A DNA stretch of 41,300 nt from a virus (lineage: Duplodnaviria; Heunggongvirae; Uroviricota; Caudoviricetes). Made by a program: the position numbers and the translations under genes. The stretch's first letter is position 1; each line of letters opens with the position of its first letter. Of the stretch, positions 28,389 to 38,889 are shown piece after piece. Under the pieces are notes generated by a model. That model saw only the letters and a list, made by a program, of their open reading frames with translations. It had not been told where the DNA came from and did no database searches. Location of the stretch: the IMG/VR virus record IMGVR_UViG_2778261153_000009, positions 1 through 41,300 of that record, one strand, 5' to 3'.

Positions 28389-29594
28389 ATGGCGGTTGAT
28401 ATTAAAGATGTGGAACAGGTCGCGCAGGAGCTGCAGCAGAAGTTTGACGACTTCAAAGCAAAGAACGACAAGCGCGTGGATGCGATTGAGCAGGAAAAAG
28501 GCAAGCTTGCCGGGCAGGTGGAAACCCTGAACGGGAAACTCAGCGAGCTGGAAAATCTCAAAAGCGACCTTGAAAAAGAGCTGCTTGAGCTGAAACGTCC
28601 GGCAGGTGGAGCGCAAAATAAACTGGCCACCGAGCATAAAGAGGCGTTTGTGGGCTTCCTGCGTAAAGGCCGTGAAGACGGTCTGCGCGATCTGGAGCGT
28701 AAGGCATTGCAGGTGGGTACCGATGAAGACGGTGGCTACGCCGTGCCGGAAGAACTGGATCGCAACATTCTTAACCTGCTGAAAGATGAAGTGGTGATGC
28801 GTCAGGAAGCCACGGTGATCACCGTTGGCGGTTCCGACTACAAAAAACTGGTGAATCTGGGCGGTACGGCTTCCGGATGGGTGGGGGAAACGGATACGCG
28901 AGCCCAGACTGCCACCTCCAGACTGGAGCTGATTGAACCTCTCATGGGGGAAATCTACGGCAACCCGCAGGCTACCCAGAAAATGCTGGACGATGCCTTC
29001 TTCAACGTGGAGGCCTGGATCAACAGCGAGCTGGCAACCGAATTTGCCGAACAGGAAGAAATTGCCTTTACCTCAGGCGATGGCACCAAGAAGCCGAAAG
29101 GGTTTCTGGCGTATGAATCCACTGATGAAATCGACAAGGTCCGGGCGTTCGGCAAACTTCAGCATATTGTATCCGGCGAAGCGACCGCGGTGACCGCAGA
29201 CGCCATTATCAAACTGATTTACACGCTGCGTAAGGCACACCGCACTGGCGCGAAGTTCATGATGAACAACAACAGCCTGTTTGCCATCCGTCTGCTGAAA
29301 GACACCGAGGGTAACTATCTGTGGCGTCCGGGGCTGGAACTGGGGCAGCCGTCCTCTCTGGCGGGTTACGGTATCGCTGAAAACGAACAGATGCCGGATA
29401 TCGCCGCTGATGCGAAAGCCATTGCATTTGGTAACTTCAAACGGGGTTACACCATCGTTGACCGTATCGGCACCCGCATTCTGCGTGACCCGTACACCAA
29501 TAAACCGTTTGTCGGTTTTTATACCACCAAGCGCACCGGCGGGATGCTGGTCGATTCGCAGGCCATCAAACTGCTGAAGATTGCAGCGGCGTAA
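28389..29594 (+). CDS. Major capsid protein (HK97 fold) with N-terminal scaffold-like coiled coil
   Basis: 401 aa; SD AGGAG; coiled-coil delta domain then capsid domain. Confidence 0.85.
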   Translation: MAVDIKDVEQVAQELQQKFDDFKAKNDKRVDAIEQEKGKLAGQVETLNGKLSELENLKSDLEKELLELKRPAGGAQNKLATEHKEAFVGFLRKGREDGLRDLERKALQVGTDEDGGYAVPEELDRNILNLLKDEVVMRQEATVITVGGSDYKKLVNLGGTASGWVGETDTRAQTATSRLELIEPLMGEIYGNPQATQKMLDDAFFNVEAWINSELATEFAEQEEIAFTSGDGTKKPKGFLAYESTDEIDKVRAFGKLQHIVSGEATAVTADAIIKLIYTLRKAHRTGAKFMMNNNSLFAIRLLKDTEGNYLWRPGLELGQPSSLAGYGIAENEQMPDIAADAKAIAFGNFKRGYTIVDRIGTRILRDPYTNKPFVGFYTTKRTGGMLVDSQAIKLLKIAAA

Positions 29595-29643
29595 TCACTC
29601 AGGGGCGCGGAACCGCGCCCCCTGTTCTGACGGGTGAAGAATC

Positions 29644-29844
29644 ATGATCCTGAAACAAGATCTGAAATGGTCACCGGACGGTATGCGTGTTGAGGTCATT
29701 CGGGCCGGTGAGTATGACGACGGGGCGCTTCCTGCCCGGGTGCAGGAGATTGCACTTCAGGCCGGGTTAGCAGAGCGCGGAATCAGTGCAAAAAGCAGTA
29801 AAGCGGCAAAAGAGAAAAAAGCCACGACCAGTAAAGAGGGCTGA
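29644..29844 (+). CDS. Small hypothetical head-region protein
   Basis: 66-aa ORF between capsid and connector genes. Confidence 0.4.
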   Translation: MILKQDLKWSPDGMRVEVIRAGEYDDGALPARVQEIALQAGLAERGISAKSSKAAKEKKATTSKEG

Positions 29845-29846
29845 GT

Positions 29847-30170
29847 ATGCTTCTGACAATGGAAGAGATTAAAGCCCAACTCCGGCTGGATGAGGATTTC
29901 GATACTGATGACCGCCATCTGCAACTGCTGGCATGTGCGGCACAAAAGCGGACGGAAACGTATCTGAACCGGAAGCTCTATGCACCGGATGAAACCATTC
30001 CGGACAGCGATCCGGACGGGCTGCACCTGCCGGATGATATTCGTCTGGGGATGCTGATGCTTATCAGCCATTTTTACGAAAACCGCTCGTCGGTTACGGA
30101 AGTGGAGAAACTCGACATGCCGCAGAGTTTTGGCTGGCTTGTCGGCCCGTACAGGTACTTTCCGCAATGA
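29847..30170 (+). CDS. Head-tail connector protein (gp6-like)
   Basis: MEEIKAQLRLDEDFDTDD... typical of head-tail connector family. Confidence 0.65.
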   Translation: MLLTMEEIKAQLRLDEDFDTDDRHLQLLACAAQKRTETYLNRKLYAPDETIPDSDPDGLHLPDDIRLGMLMLISHFYENRSSVTEVEKLDMPQSFGWLVGPYRYFPQ

Positions 30171-30577
30171 AAATTCGTCAGGCGCAGACCAGCGCAACCT
30201 ACATTCTGCCGGACCCCGGTGAACTGAATAAACGCGTCCTGATCCGCCTGCGGGTGGATATGCCCGCGGATAACTTTGGCGTGGAGCCTCAATACCCGGT
30301 TACGTTCCGGACATGGGCGAAGGTTATCCAGACCAGTGCCACCACCAGGCAGGAAACCGCGCAGACCGGGGACGCCATCACCCATTACATCACCATTCGT
30401 TACCGCCGGGGGATCACCGCTGATTATGAGGTGGTCTGCGGTGATAGTGTGTACCGGGTAAAACGTCAGCGCGATCTGAACGGGGCGCGGCGCTTTCTGC
30501 TGCTGGAATGTACGGAGCTGGGCGAATTTACGCAGAGTCACGGAGGCAACAATGGCGACTTCCTTTTTTCACGTTGA
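30167..30577 (+). CDS. Head closure / adaptor protein (putative)
   Basis: Position and size in the head-tail joining module. Confidence 0.5.
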   Translation: MKIRQAQTSATYILPDPGELNKRVLIRLRVDMPADNFGVEPQYPVTFRTWAKVIQTSATTRQETAQTGDAITHYITIRYRRGITADYEVVCGDSVYRVKRQRDLNGARRFLLLECTELGEFTQSHGGNNGDFLFSR

Positions 30578-31058
30578 TGTTCAGCAGCCCGCCGAGATGC
30601 GCTTTAACCGCGCCCGTGTCCGGCGGGCGTTTGTCACGATTGGGCAGCGTCATATGCGTGATGCCCGTCGGCTGGTGATGCGCCGTGCGCGGTCGGCACC
30701 GGGTGAAAACCCCGGTTATCAGACCGGACGCCTGGCTCGTTCGATTGGTTACATGGTGCCGGGAGCCAGTAAAAAGCGAGCCGGTTTTATGACACGCATT
30801 GCCCCTAACCAGCGCAACGGGAAGGGGAACCGGATGATCTCTGGTGACTTCTATCCGGCGTTTCTGTTTTTTGGTGTCCGGGGAGGAGCAAAGCGTCGTC
30901 GCAGCCATCATCGTGGTGCATCCGGTGGCAGCGGCTGGCGACTGGCTCCACGTAATAACTTTATGGTGGAAACGCTTGAAAAGAACCGCAGCTGGACACG
31001 CTATTTTCTGGCGCGGGAATTGCGTAAATCACTGAAGCCGGAGCGACGACACAGATGA
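30552..31058 (+). CDS. Tail completion / virion morphogenesis protein (putative)
   Basis: Arg-rich 168-aa protein in the head-tail joining module. Confidence 0.45.
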   Translation: MATSFFHVDVQQPAEMRFNRARVRRAFVTIGQRHMRDARRLVMRRARSAPGENPGYQTGRLARSIGYMVPGASKKRAGFMTRIAPNQRNGKGNRMISGDFYPAFLFFGVRGGAKRRRSHHRGASGGSGWRLAPRNNFMVETLEKNRSWTRYFLARELRKSLKPERRHR

Positions 31059-31615
31059 AACTGACGCCTGTTATTGCTGCACTGCGTGCCCGCTGTCCGT
31101 ATTTTGAAAACCGGGTTGCAGGCGCGGCCCAGTTCAAAAATCTGCCGGAGGTCGGAAAGCTGAAACTCCCGGCGGCATATGTTGTACCGGGTGATGATTC
31201 TCCGGGAGAAAACAAAAGCCAGACCGACTACTGGCAGGAGCTGAAAGAGGGCTTCTCCGTGGTTGTCATACTGAGTAACGGGCGTGATGAGCGCGGTCAG
31301 TTTGCCTCGTATGATGTGGTGGACGATGTCCGGCAGATGCTCTTTAAGGCTCTGCTGGGCTGGAACCCGGAGGCGTGCGGTAACCCGATTACCTATGACG
31401 GCGGCACGCTGCTGGATCTGAATCGTCATGAGCTGATTTATCAGTTCGATTTTTCGGTCATCAGCGAGCTGACTGAAGACGATACCCGCCAGCAGGATGA
31501 TCTGAACAGTCTGGATGAACTGCAAACGCTGGCGATTGATGTTGATTATCTCGAGCCCGGTAACGGGCCTGACGGCGATATCGAACATCACACCGAAATA
31601 ACCCTTCCTTCCTGA
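31055..31615 (+). CDS. Gp37-like tail protein (putative)
   Basis: 186 aa immediately preceding the sheath region. Confidence 0.45.
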   Translation: MKLTPVIAALRARCPYFENRVAGAAQFKNLPEVGKLKLPAAYVVPGDDSPGENKSQTDYWQELKEGFSVVVILSNGRDERGQFASYDVVDDVRQMLFKALLGWNPEACGNPITYDGGTLLDLNRHELIYQFDFSVISELTEDDTRQQDDLNSLDELQTLAIDVDYLEPGNGPDGDIEHHTEITLPS

Positions 31616-31623
31616 GGATCCTC

Positions 31624-31794
31624 ATGTTTGTCAAACCTGTTAAAGGGCGGTCAGTTCCTGACCCTGCCCGCGGCGACCTTTTGCCCGCCGAAGGGCGAAA
31701 TGTTGACGAGAACAACTACTGGCTGCGCCGTGAAGCCGCGGGTGATATCCGGCGCGTGAATAAAAAGGTGAATACCGATGACGATAAGCTTTAA
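31624..31794 (+). CDS. Small protein preceding tail sheath (not in supplied ORF track)
   Basis: 56-codon ORF MFVKPVKGRSVPDPARGDLL... ending TAA at 31792..31794, overlapping the sheath start. Confidence 0.35.
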   Translation: MFVKPVKGRSVPDPARGDLLPAEGRNVDENNYWLRREAAGDIRRVNKKVNTDDDKL

Positions 31795-33274
31795 CACCAT
31801 TCCGTCGAATACGCTGGTTCCGTTGTTTTATGCGGAAATGGATAACTCGGCGGCGAATACTGCACAGGACAGCGGAGCATCGCTGCTGATTGGTCATGCC
31901 AATAACGGTGCAGAGATTGTTGCCAACAGTCTGGTGCTGATGCCATCGGCAGACTATGCACGCCAGATTTGTGGTGCGGGAAGTCAGCTGGCGCGTATGG
32001 TCGAGGCTTATCGCCAGACCGACCCGTTTGGTGAACTGTATGTGATTGCCGTTCCTGAATCCACGGGCGCGGCGGCAACAGTTACGCTGACGGTGACCGG
32101 CGCGGCAACCGAAACCGGCACGGTGAATGTTTATGTGGGACGTACCCGCGTGCAGGCACCGGTGACCAACGGCGATAACGTCGCGACGATTGCCAGCAGT
32201 ATCAAAGATGCCATCAATGCCGTTCCGGCCCTGCCGTTTACGGCCTCATCTTCGGCTGGCGTGGTCACACTGACCGCGCGTCATAAGGGGCTTTGCGGGA
32301 ATGAAACTCCTGTCAGCCTCAATTACTACGGCTTCGGTGGGGGCGAAGTGCTGCCAGCGGGCGTACAGATTGCCGTGGCGGCGGGGACCGCCGGAACGGG
32401 CGCTCCGGTTCTCACCGGCGCGGTGGCTGCAATGGCGGATGAGCCGTTTGATTATATCGGTCTGCCGTTCAACGACACGGCCTCCCTTAACACGCTGGTG
32501 ACCGAGATGAACGATACCAGCGGTCGCTGGAGCTATGCGCGTCAGCTGTATGGCCATGTGTATACGGCAAAGATCGGCACGCTGTCAGAACTGGTGACCG
32601 CAGGTGACCAGTTTAACCAGCAGCACATTACCCTGGCGGGGTACGAAAAAGACACCCAGACGCCTGCCGATGAGCTGGCGGCAAGCCGTACCGCCCGCGC
32701 AGCGGTGTTTATCCGCAACGATCCGGCACGTCCCACGCAGACCGGTGAGCTGGTGGGTATGCTGCCTGCGCCGAAGGGGAAACGGTTCACGATGACCGAA
32801 CAACAGACCCTGCTGTCTCATGGCGTGGCAACGGCGTATGTCGAAAGCGGGGTACTGCGCATTCAGCGTGATGTCACCACGTACAGGAAAAACGCTTACG
32901 GGGTTGCGGATAACAGCTACCTCGACAGCGAGACGTTGCATACCAGCGCGTATGTACTGCGCAAACTGAAATCCGTCATTACCAGTAAGTACGGGCGTCA
33001 CAAGCTTGCCAGTGACGGTACCCGCTTTGGTCCCGGTCAGGCGATTGTCACCCCGGCAGTGATCAAAGGGGAACTGCTGGCAACCTACCGTCAGCTCGAG
33101 CGTGCGGGGATCGTGGAAAACTACGAACTGTTCAAGCAGTACCTGGTTGTTGAGCGTGATGCCAGCGATCCGAACCGCCTGAACACGCTGTTCCCGCCTG
33201 ACTATGTTAACCAGTTGCGTGTCTTTGCCGTGGTTAACCAGTTCCGTCTTCAGTATTCAGAGGAGTCTGCATAA
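31778..33274 (+). CDS. Tail sheath protein (contractile tail)
   Basis: 498 aa, sheath-like sequence followed by tube gene. Confidence 0.8.
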   Translation: MTISFNTIPSNTLVPLFYAEMDNSAANTAQDSGASLLIGHANNGAEIVANSLVLMPSADYARQICGAGSQLARMVEAYRQTDPFGELYVIAVPESTGAAATVTLTVTGAATETGTVNVYVGRTRVQAPVTNGDNVATIASSIKDAINAVPALPFTASSSAGVVTLTARHKGLCGNETPVSLNYYGFGGGEVLPAGVQIAVAAGTAGTGAPVLTGAVAAMADEPFDYIGLPFNDTASLNTLVTEMNDTSGRWSYARQLYGHVYTAKIGTLSELVTAGDQFNQQHITLAGYEKDTQTPADELAASRTARAAVFIRNDPARPTQTGELVGMLPAPKGKRFTMTEQQTLLSHGVATAYVESGVLRIQRDVTTYRKNAYGVADNSYLDSETLHTSAYVLRKLKSVITSKYGRHKLASDGTRFGPGQAIVTPAVIKGELLATYRQLERAGIVENYELFKQYLVVERDASDPNRLNTLFPPDYVNQLRVFAVVNQFRLQYSEESA

Positions 33275-33630
33275 TGGCCCGTATCGGGGGAACCTGTTAT
33301 TTCAAAATTGACGGTCAGCAGCTATCGCTGACCGGCGGCATTGAGGTGCCCATGAACAGGACGGTCAATGATGACATCATCGGCCTGGACGGTTCAGTGG
33401 ACCGCAAGGAAACTCACCGTGCGCCCTATGTTAAAGGGACCTTCAAGGTGCCGAAGAATTTTCCTGTGAGCAAAATCACCTCGTCTGATGAGATGACCAT
33501 CACTGCTGAGCTGGCGAACGGTCAGGTCTATGTATTGTCGTCAGCCTGGCTGCACGGCGAAGCGAACCATAATGCCGAAGAAGGCACGGTTGATCTTGAG
33601 TTCCACGGTGAAGAAGGGGATTACCAGTAA
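33274..33630 (+). CDS. Tail tube protein
   Basis: 118 aa directly after sheath. Confidence 0.75.
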   Translation: MARIGGTCYFKIDGQQLSLTGGIEVPMNRTVNDDIIGLDGSVDRKETHRAPYVKGTFKVPKNFPVSKITSSDEMTITAELANGQVYVLSSAWLHGEANHNAEEGTVDLEFHGEEGDYQ

Positions 33631-33899
33631 TGAAAGAGCTTGAGTTAAAGAAACCGATTATCGCTCATGGCGAGACACTCTCCGTACTGGAGTTTGATGA
33701 ACCCACCGGGAAGGATGTCCGCGAGCTGGGGTATCCCTACCAGATGAATCAGGATGAGTCCGTCAGACTTCTGGCGCATGTGGTGTCGAAATACATTGTG
33801 CGGCTGGCGAAAGTGCCGCAAAGCTCTGTCGACCAGATGTCTCCGGCAGACCTGAATGCAGCGGCGTGGCTTGTGGCTGGTTTTTTCCTCCAGGCCTGA
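33630..33899 (+). CDS. Tail assembly chaperone (short form)
   Basis: 89-aa ORF before the tape measure gene, ending just after a slippery heptamer. Confidence 0.65.
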   Translation: MKELELKKPIIAHGETLSVLEFDEPTGKDVRELGYPYQMNQDESVRLLAHVVSKYIVRLAKVPQSSVDQMSPADLNAAAWLVAGFFLQA

Positions 33900-34048
33900 C
33901 GGCTGAATACCTCACTGATCGCTTCTTTGACTGCGCCAGTTACTGGCGCATTAATCCCTTCGAATTGCTGAATATGCCGATCAGTGAAATTCCCTTGCTG
34001 GTCAGTCAGGCAAACAGGATAGAGCAGGAGAAACGCACACATGGCTGA
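33630..34048 (+). CDS. Tail assembly chaperone, frameshift-extended form (-1 shift at 33881..33887)
   Basis: Frame 0 to frame -1 junction gives ...AGFF/PPGLTAEYL... ending at 34048, overlapping the tape measure start. Confidence 0.5.
33881..33887 (+). promoter_or_regulatory. Slippery heptamer TTTTTTC for -1 programmed ribosomal frameshift
   Basis: X XXY YYZ heptamer in the zero frame (ggT TTT TTC) 12 nt before the short-form stop; the -1 frame stays open to 34048. Confidence 0.55.
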
Positions 34049-35876
34049 ATTTGAGCTTAAGGCGTTGATCACCGGTGTCGACAGGCTTTCTCCGGCGCTG
34101 TCGAAAATGCAAAAGAAAATCCGGGGATTTAAACGCCAGGCGGAAGAAGCGTCACAGGGTGGGCTGGCGCTTGGTGGCGGACTGGCAGCGGGTCTGACGC
34201 TTTCCCTGAAATCTTATGCCGATCAGGAAAACGCCGCCACCGGGCTGAAAGTCGCCATGATGGATGCGAACGGCGAGGTTGGAAAGCGCTTTCAGGACAT
34301 CAATAAACTGGCTATTGGCCTGGGTAACCAGCTACCCGGTACAACGGCTGATTTCCAGAACATGATGCAGATGCTGGTGCGTCAGGGGATCCCGGCAGAA
34401 AACATTCTGGGTGGTGTGGGTAAAGCGACAGCTTATCTTGCGGTACAACTGAAAAAAACACCAGAAGCGGCTGCTGAGTTTGCTGCAAAGATGCAGGATG
34501 CTACCGGAACGGCGTCAGAAGACATGATGGGGCTGTTCGACACTATCCAGAAGGCGTTTTATCTGGGCGTTGACGATACCAACATGTTGTCCTTCTTCAC
34601 TAAAACCAGTTCTGTTCTGAAGATGGTGAATAAGGACGGTCTTCAGGCTGCACAGAGCCTTGCCCCTATCAGCGTCATGATGGATCAGATGGGGATGAAC
34701 GGGGAGTCGGCAGGTAATGCCCTGCGAAAAGTTATCCAGTCCGGATTAAGCGTTAAGAAAATCAGGGACGTCAATAAAGTCATGGCCCGCCAGAAACTCG
34801 GAGTGCAGCTCGATTTTACTGACGGCAAAGGGAGTTTTGGCGGTCTTGATAACATGTTCAGGCAACTGGCAAAGCTGCGAAAACTGACCGACGTTAAGCG
34901 AACCGGTGTACTTAAGGCAATATTTGGTGATGATGCTGAAACCCTTCAGGTGGTCAATGCTCTGATCGATAAAGGAAAGGATGGTTACGATCAGATCCAG
35001 CAGAAGATGAATAAACAGGCCAGCCTGAATAAACGTGTTCAGGCCCAGCTTGGTACGCTGTCCAACCTGTGGGAGGCAATGACGGGGACCGCAACTAACG
35101 GCCTTGCGGCTATTGGCGGCGCATTTTCTGGTGACGCCAAAAATATCACGCAATGGCTGGGGGAGTTAGGGGAAAAATTCACGAAGTTTGCGGATGAAAA
35201 TCCCCGGGTTATTCGCGGCGTCGTCGGGCTTGCTGCCGGTCTTGCGATTCTGAAACTGGGATTGATGGGCGTTGGCGGTGCCATCAGTATTGTCAGCAGG
35301 ATCATGTCGATGACGCCGATAGGAATGATTGCGACGGCGATAGCCCTGGCTGCGGGATTAATTATCACTAACTGGGATGTTGTCGGACCTTATTTCAAGA
35401 AGCTCTGGGAAACCATTGGTCCTTATTTTGAGGCTGGCCGGGAACTTCTGAAGAAGGTTTTTGCCTGGTCGCCGCTGGGGATGGTAATCAATAACTGGGG
35501 ACCGGTTGTTAAGTGGTTTCAGGATATGTGGGATAAGCTGAAGCCGATTATTGAATGGTTTACCGACAGTTCCGGTGACACGGTTGATGCCATTAACTCG
35601 GCGCAGTGGGGCGCGGGTGCTTATGATGCTTATGGGACGGGAATACCGGCACGGGGATACACACCTTATCCGGCGGTAGATCCGGCTCAGTCAAACAACG
35701 CCTCCGATGCCACAGGCCCGAATCCCTTCATGATTAACAAAGCTTCTGCGCCAAAAGTTGATGGTGAGATCAAGGTCTCTTTTGTGAATTCGCCTCCGGG
35801 TATGCGGGTTATGGAAACGCGATCCAGCGGTTTTGATGTCAGCCATGATGTTGGCTATACGCGCTTTGGCAGGTAA
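34041..35876 (+). CDS. Tail tape measure protein
   Basis: 611 aa, Ala/Gly-rich with hydrophobic segments; SD AGGAG. Confidence 0.85.
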   Translation: MAEFELKALITGVDRLSPALSKMQKKIRGFKRQAEEASQGGLALGGGLAAGLTLSLKSYADQENAATGLKVAMMDANGEVGKRFQDINKLAIGLGNQLPGTTADFQNMMQMLVRQGIPAENILGGVGKATAYLAVQLKKTPEAAAEFAAKMQDATGTASEDMMGLFDTIQKAFYLGVDDTNMLSFFTKTSSVLKMVNKDGLQAAQSLAPISVMMDQMGMNGESAGNALRKVIQSGLSVKKIRDVNKVMARQKLGVQLDFTDGKGSFGGLDNMFRQLAKLRKLTDVKRTGVLKAIFGDDAETLQVVNALIDKGKDGYDQIQQKMNKQASLNKRVQAQLGTLSNLWEAMTGTATNGLAAIGGAFSGDAKNITQWLGELGEKFTKFADENPRVIRGVVGLAAGLAILKLGLMGVGGAISIVSRIMSMTPIGMIATAIALAAGLIITNWDVVGPYFKKLWETIGPYFEAGRELLKKVFAWSPLGMVINNWGPVVKWFQDMWDKLKPIIEWFTDSSGDTVDAINSAQWGAGAYDAYGTGIPARGYTPYPAVDPAQSNNASDATGPNPFMINKASAPKVDGEIKVSFVNSPPGMRVMETRSSGFDVSHDVGYTRFGR

Positions 35877-35936
35877 TGAAAAATTAATCTGTTAATGAGT
35901 CCCACTCCGGTGGGATTTTTTATGTACGGAGTTTAT

Positions 35937-37265
35937 ATGACGTGGAAAGACAGACTTCAGGACGCGTCATTTCGCGGTGTGCCGTTTAAGGTTGAAGAAG
36001 AAAGTGCGGGAACCGGTCGCCGTGTGGAAACGCACGAATACCCGAACCGCGACAAACCCTATACCGAAGACCTGGGGAAAATCACTTTCCGCCCGTCCAT
36101 CGCAGCTTATGTGGTGGGAGATGACTGCTTTGACCAGCGCGATCGCCTGATTGACGCGCTGAATAAACCCGGTCCCGGCACGCTTGTCCATCCGACTTAC
36201 GGTGAGCTGAAAGTCTGTGTTGACGGGGAAGTTCGGGTCAGCACATCGAAGAGTGAAGGGCGTATTGTCCGCTTTGACCTGAAGTTTGTCGAAGCGGGAG
36301 AACTCTCTTACCCCTCTTCAGGTGCGGCGACGGCGCAGACGCTGATGTCATCCTGTTCTGCACTGGATGACTGCATCAGTGACAGCTTCAGTGGTTTCAG
36401 TATCGATGGCGTGGCAGATTTTGTGCAGAACGACGTCGTCGGTAATGCCAGCACAATGCTTGGGTATGTTTCTGATGCAATGAAAGTGGTGGATTCTGCC
36501 GTATCGGATGCCGCCAGGCTGTTGCAGGGGGATATCTCGGTACTTCTGCCGCCGCCATCGTCAGGCAAAAATTTCGTTGAGCAGGTGCAGAAAATGTGGC
36601 GTACCGGGAAACGCCTTTATGGTAACGCCAGCGACCTGGTCACCATGATCAAAACGCTTTCCGGTGTCAGCCTCGGCAGCGATCTGCAACCGCGCGGCGT
36701 CTGGAAAACGGACAGTAAAACCACCGCCACGGCGACGCAACAGCGTAACGTGGTTGCCAGCACCCTTCGTACGACCGCAATCAGCGAAGCGGCGTATGCC
36801 GTCACCCGATTGCCTGCGCCAACAACTTCCGCGGTGATGCAGAATGCCGCAGTGGGGCAGGCAACAACACCCGCGCAGAGCACTGGCTGGCCTTCCGTCA
36901 CGCATCCGGCACTGAACAATGCACCAGCGGTGAAAAGCACGGTTGACCTGCCGACGTGGGAAGAACTGACTGACATTCGTGACACACTGAATACGGCAAT
37001 TGATAAGGAGTTGTCCCGAACAACCAGTGATGCGCTGTTTCTGGCACTGCGCCGGGTGAAAGCAGATCTGAATGCGGATATCAACACGCGCCTTGAACAG
37101 TCTGCACGGATCATTCAGCGCACGCCGGATGAGGTCTTACCCGCGCTGGTGCTGGCGGCGACCTGGTTTGATAACGCGGCGCGTGACGCGGACATTATCC
37201 GGCGTAATGCCATTACGCATCCCGGCTTTGTGCCGGTGATCCCTCTGAAGGTGCCAGTGCAATGA
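35937..37265 (+). CDS. DNA circularisation protein (Mu N-like)
   Basis: N-terminus MTWKDRLQDASFRGVPFKVEEESAGTGRRVETHEYPNRDKPYTEDLG as I recall the Mu N family. Confidence 0.7.
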   Translation: MTWKDRLQDASFRGVPFKVEEESAGTGRRVETHEYPNRDKPYTEDLGKITFRPSIAAYVVGDDCFDQRDRLIDALNKPGPGTLVHPTYGELKVCVDGEVRVSTSKSEGRIVRFDLKFVEAGELSYPSSGAATAQTLMSSCSALDDCISDSFSGFSIDGVADFVQNDVVGNASTMLGYVSDAMKVVDSAVSDAARLLQGDISVLLPPPSSGKNFVEQVQKMWRTGKRLYGNASDLVTMIKTLSGVSLGSDLQPRGVWKTDSKTTATATQQRNVVASTLRTTAISEAAYAVTRLPAPTTSAVMQNAAVGQATTPAQSTGWPSVTHPALNNAPAVKSTVDLPTWEELTDIRDTLNTAIDKELSRTTSDALFLALRRVKADLNADINTRLEQSARIIQRTPDEVLPALVLAATWFDNAARDADIIRRNAITHPGFVPVIPLKVPVQ

Positions 37266-38341
37266 ACGATAACGTCACGCTACGGGTAAATGGCCGGGAG
37301 TGGAATGGCTGGACATCGGTGCGCATCGGTGCCGGTATTGAACGGCTGGCGCGGGATTTCAGCGTGGAGATCACCCGCCAGTGGCCGGGAGATGAGGGTA
37401 TCACCACGCTTCAGCCGCGCATTAAAAATGGTTCAAAAGTGGAAGTGCTGATTGGTGATGAGCTGGTGATCACCGGCTGGGTGGAGGCGACCCCCGTTCG
37501 TTACGATGCCCGTTCGGTCAGCACCGGTATTGCCGGACGCAGTCTGACTGCTGACCTGATTGACTGTGCAGCCGAACCGACACAGTTTAACGGACGATCG
37601 CTGGTACAGATTGCGCAGGCGCTTGCTGCGCCTTTCGGCATTGAGGTGGTGAACAGCGATGCGCCGTCGGGTGTTATTCCGGATGTCCAGCCTGATCACG
37701 GTGAAACGGTGATCGAGGTGATCAACAAAATACTCGGTCAGCAGCAGGCGCTGGCTTATGACGACCCGCACGGCAGGCTGGTGATTGGTGGTATTGGCTC
37801 AACGCGGGCACATACCGCGCTGGTACTTGGGGAAAACATCCTTTCCTGTGATACGGAGAAGAGTATCCGGGAGCGGTTTTCAGTTTACCAGGTGGCGGGG
37901 CAGCGTGCTGGAAACGACGATGATTTCGGTGAGGCCACCACCACCGCGCTGCGGGCCCGCACAGAGGACGCATTTATTGCCCGTTACCGTCCGATGTATA
38001 TCAGGCAGACAGGGCAGGCTACGGGGGCAGGCTGTATTGCCCGTGCGGACTTTGAAGCCCGACAACGGGCGGCGCGGACGGATGAAACCACCTATGTGGT
38101 GCAGGGCTGGCGACAGGGTAACGGTACGCTGTGGCAGCCCAACCAGCGGGTGATTGTCTTTGATCCGGTCTGTGGTTTCGACAATACCGAACTGCTTGTT
38201 TCGGAAGTCACGTTTACTCAGGACCAGAACGGCACCCTGACGGAAATCCGTGTCGGCCCGCCTGATGCTTATCTGCCTGAACCTGAAGACCCCGGCGCGC
38301 GGAAAAAGAAAAAAGCCAGAGTACAGGAGGACCCGTTCTGA
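37262..38341 (+). CDS. Baseplate hub protein (Mu P-like)
   Basis: 359 aa in conserved Mu-like baseplate order. Confidence 0.7.
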   Translation: MNDNVTLRVNGREWNGWTSVRIGAGIERLARDFSVEITRQWPGDEGITTLQPRIKNGSKVEVLIGDELVITGWVEATPVRYDARSVSTGIAGRSLTADLIDCAAEPTQFNGRSLVQIAQALAAPFGIEVVNSDAPSGVIPDVQPDHGETVIEVINKILGQQQALAYDDPHGRLVIGGIGSTRAHTALVLGENILSCDTEKSIRERFSVYQVAGQRAGNDDDFGEATTTALRARTEDAFIARYRPMYIRQTGQATGAGCIARADFEARQRAARTDETTYVVQGWRQGNGTLWQPNQRVIVFDPVCGFDNTELLVSEVTFTQDQNGTLTEIRVGPPDAYLPEPEDPGARKKKKARVQEDPF

Positions 38342-38889
38342 TGAGGACGATTGAAGCCATGCAGCGACAACTTCTCGGCCTGATTGGGCGGGCAGTGGTG
38401 AAAAGCATCAGTGCCGCCACGAAATGTCAGACCGTGGATGTGTCCCTGATTGCCGGTGAACCCAAAGCCGGGGTTGAACATCTTGAACCCTACGGTTTTA
38501 CCGCAAGGGCAAACAGCGGTGCGGAAGCGGTGGTGTTGTTTCCGGATGGCGACCGTTCTCATGCGGTGGTTGTTACGGTGTCGGACCGGCGCTACCGCCT
38601 GAAAGGGCTGCATACGGGGGAGGTGGCTGTCTATGACGATCAGGGGCAGTCCGTGACGCTGACCCGGGAGGGGATCGTGGTGGACGGTGCAGGTAAAACG
38701 ATCACGTTTCGCAATGCACCTGAAGCACGTTTTGAAATGGACCTGGAAGTGACCGGACAGGTGAAAGACCTGTGCGACTCCGGCGGCACCACCATGTCAG
38801 CGATGCGGCTTGCCTATAACGGGCATCGTCACAGAGAGAACGGTCAGGGCAGTAACACCGACAAACCTGATAAAGCGATGGAGGCATGA
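38341..38889 (+). CDS. Baseplate spike / assembly protein (Mu gp45-like)
   Basis: 182 aa, gp45-like sequence and position. Confidence 0.65.
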   Translation: MRTIEAMQRQLLGLIGRAVVKSISAATKCQTVDVSLIAGEPKAGVEHLEPYGFTARANSGAEAVVLFPDGDRSHAVVVTVSDRRYRLKGLHTGEVAVYDDQGQSVTLTREGIVVDGAGKTITFRNAPEARFEMDLEVTGQVKDLCDSGGTTMSAMRLAYNGHRHRENGQGSNTDKPDKAMEA

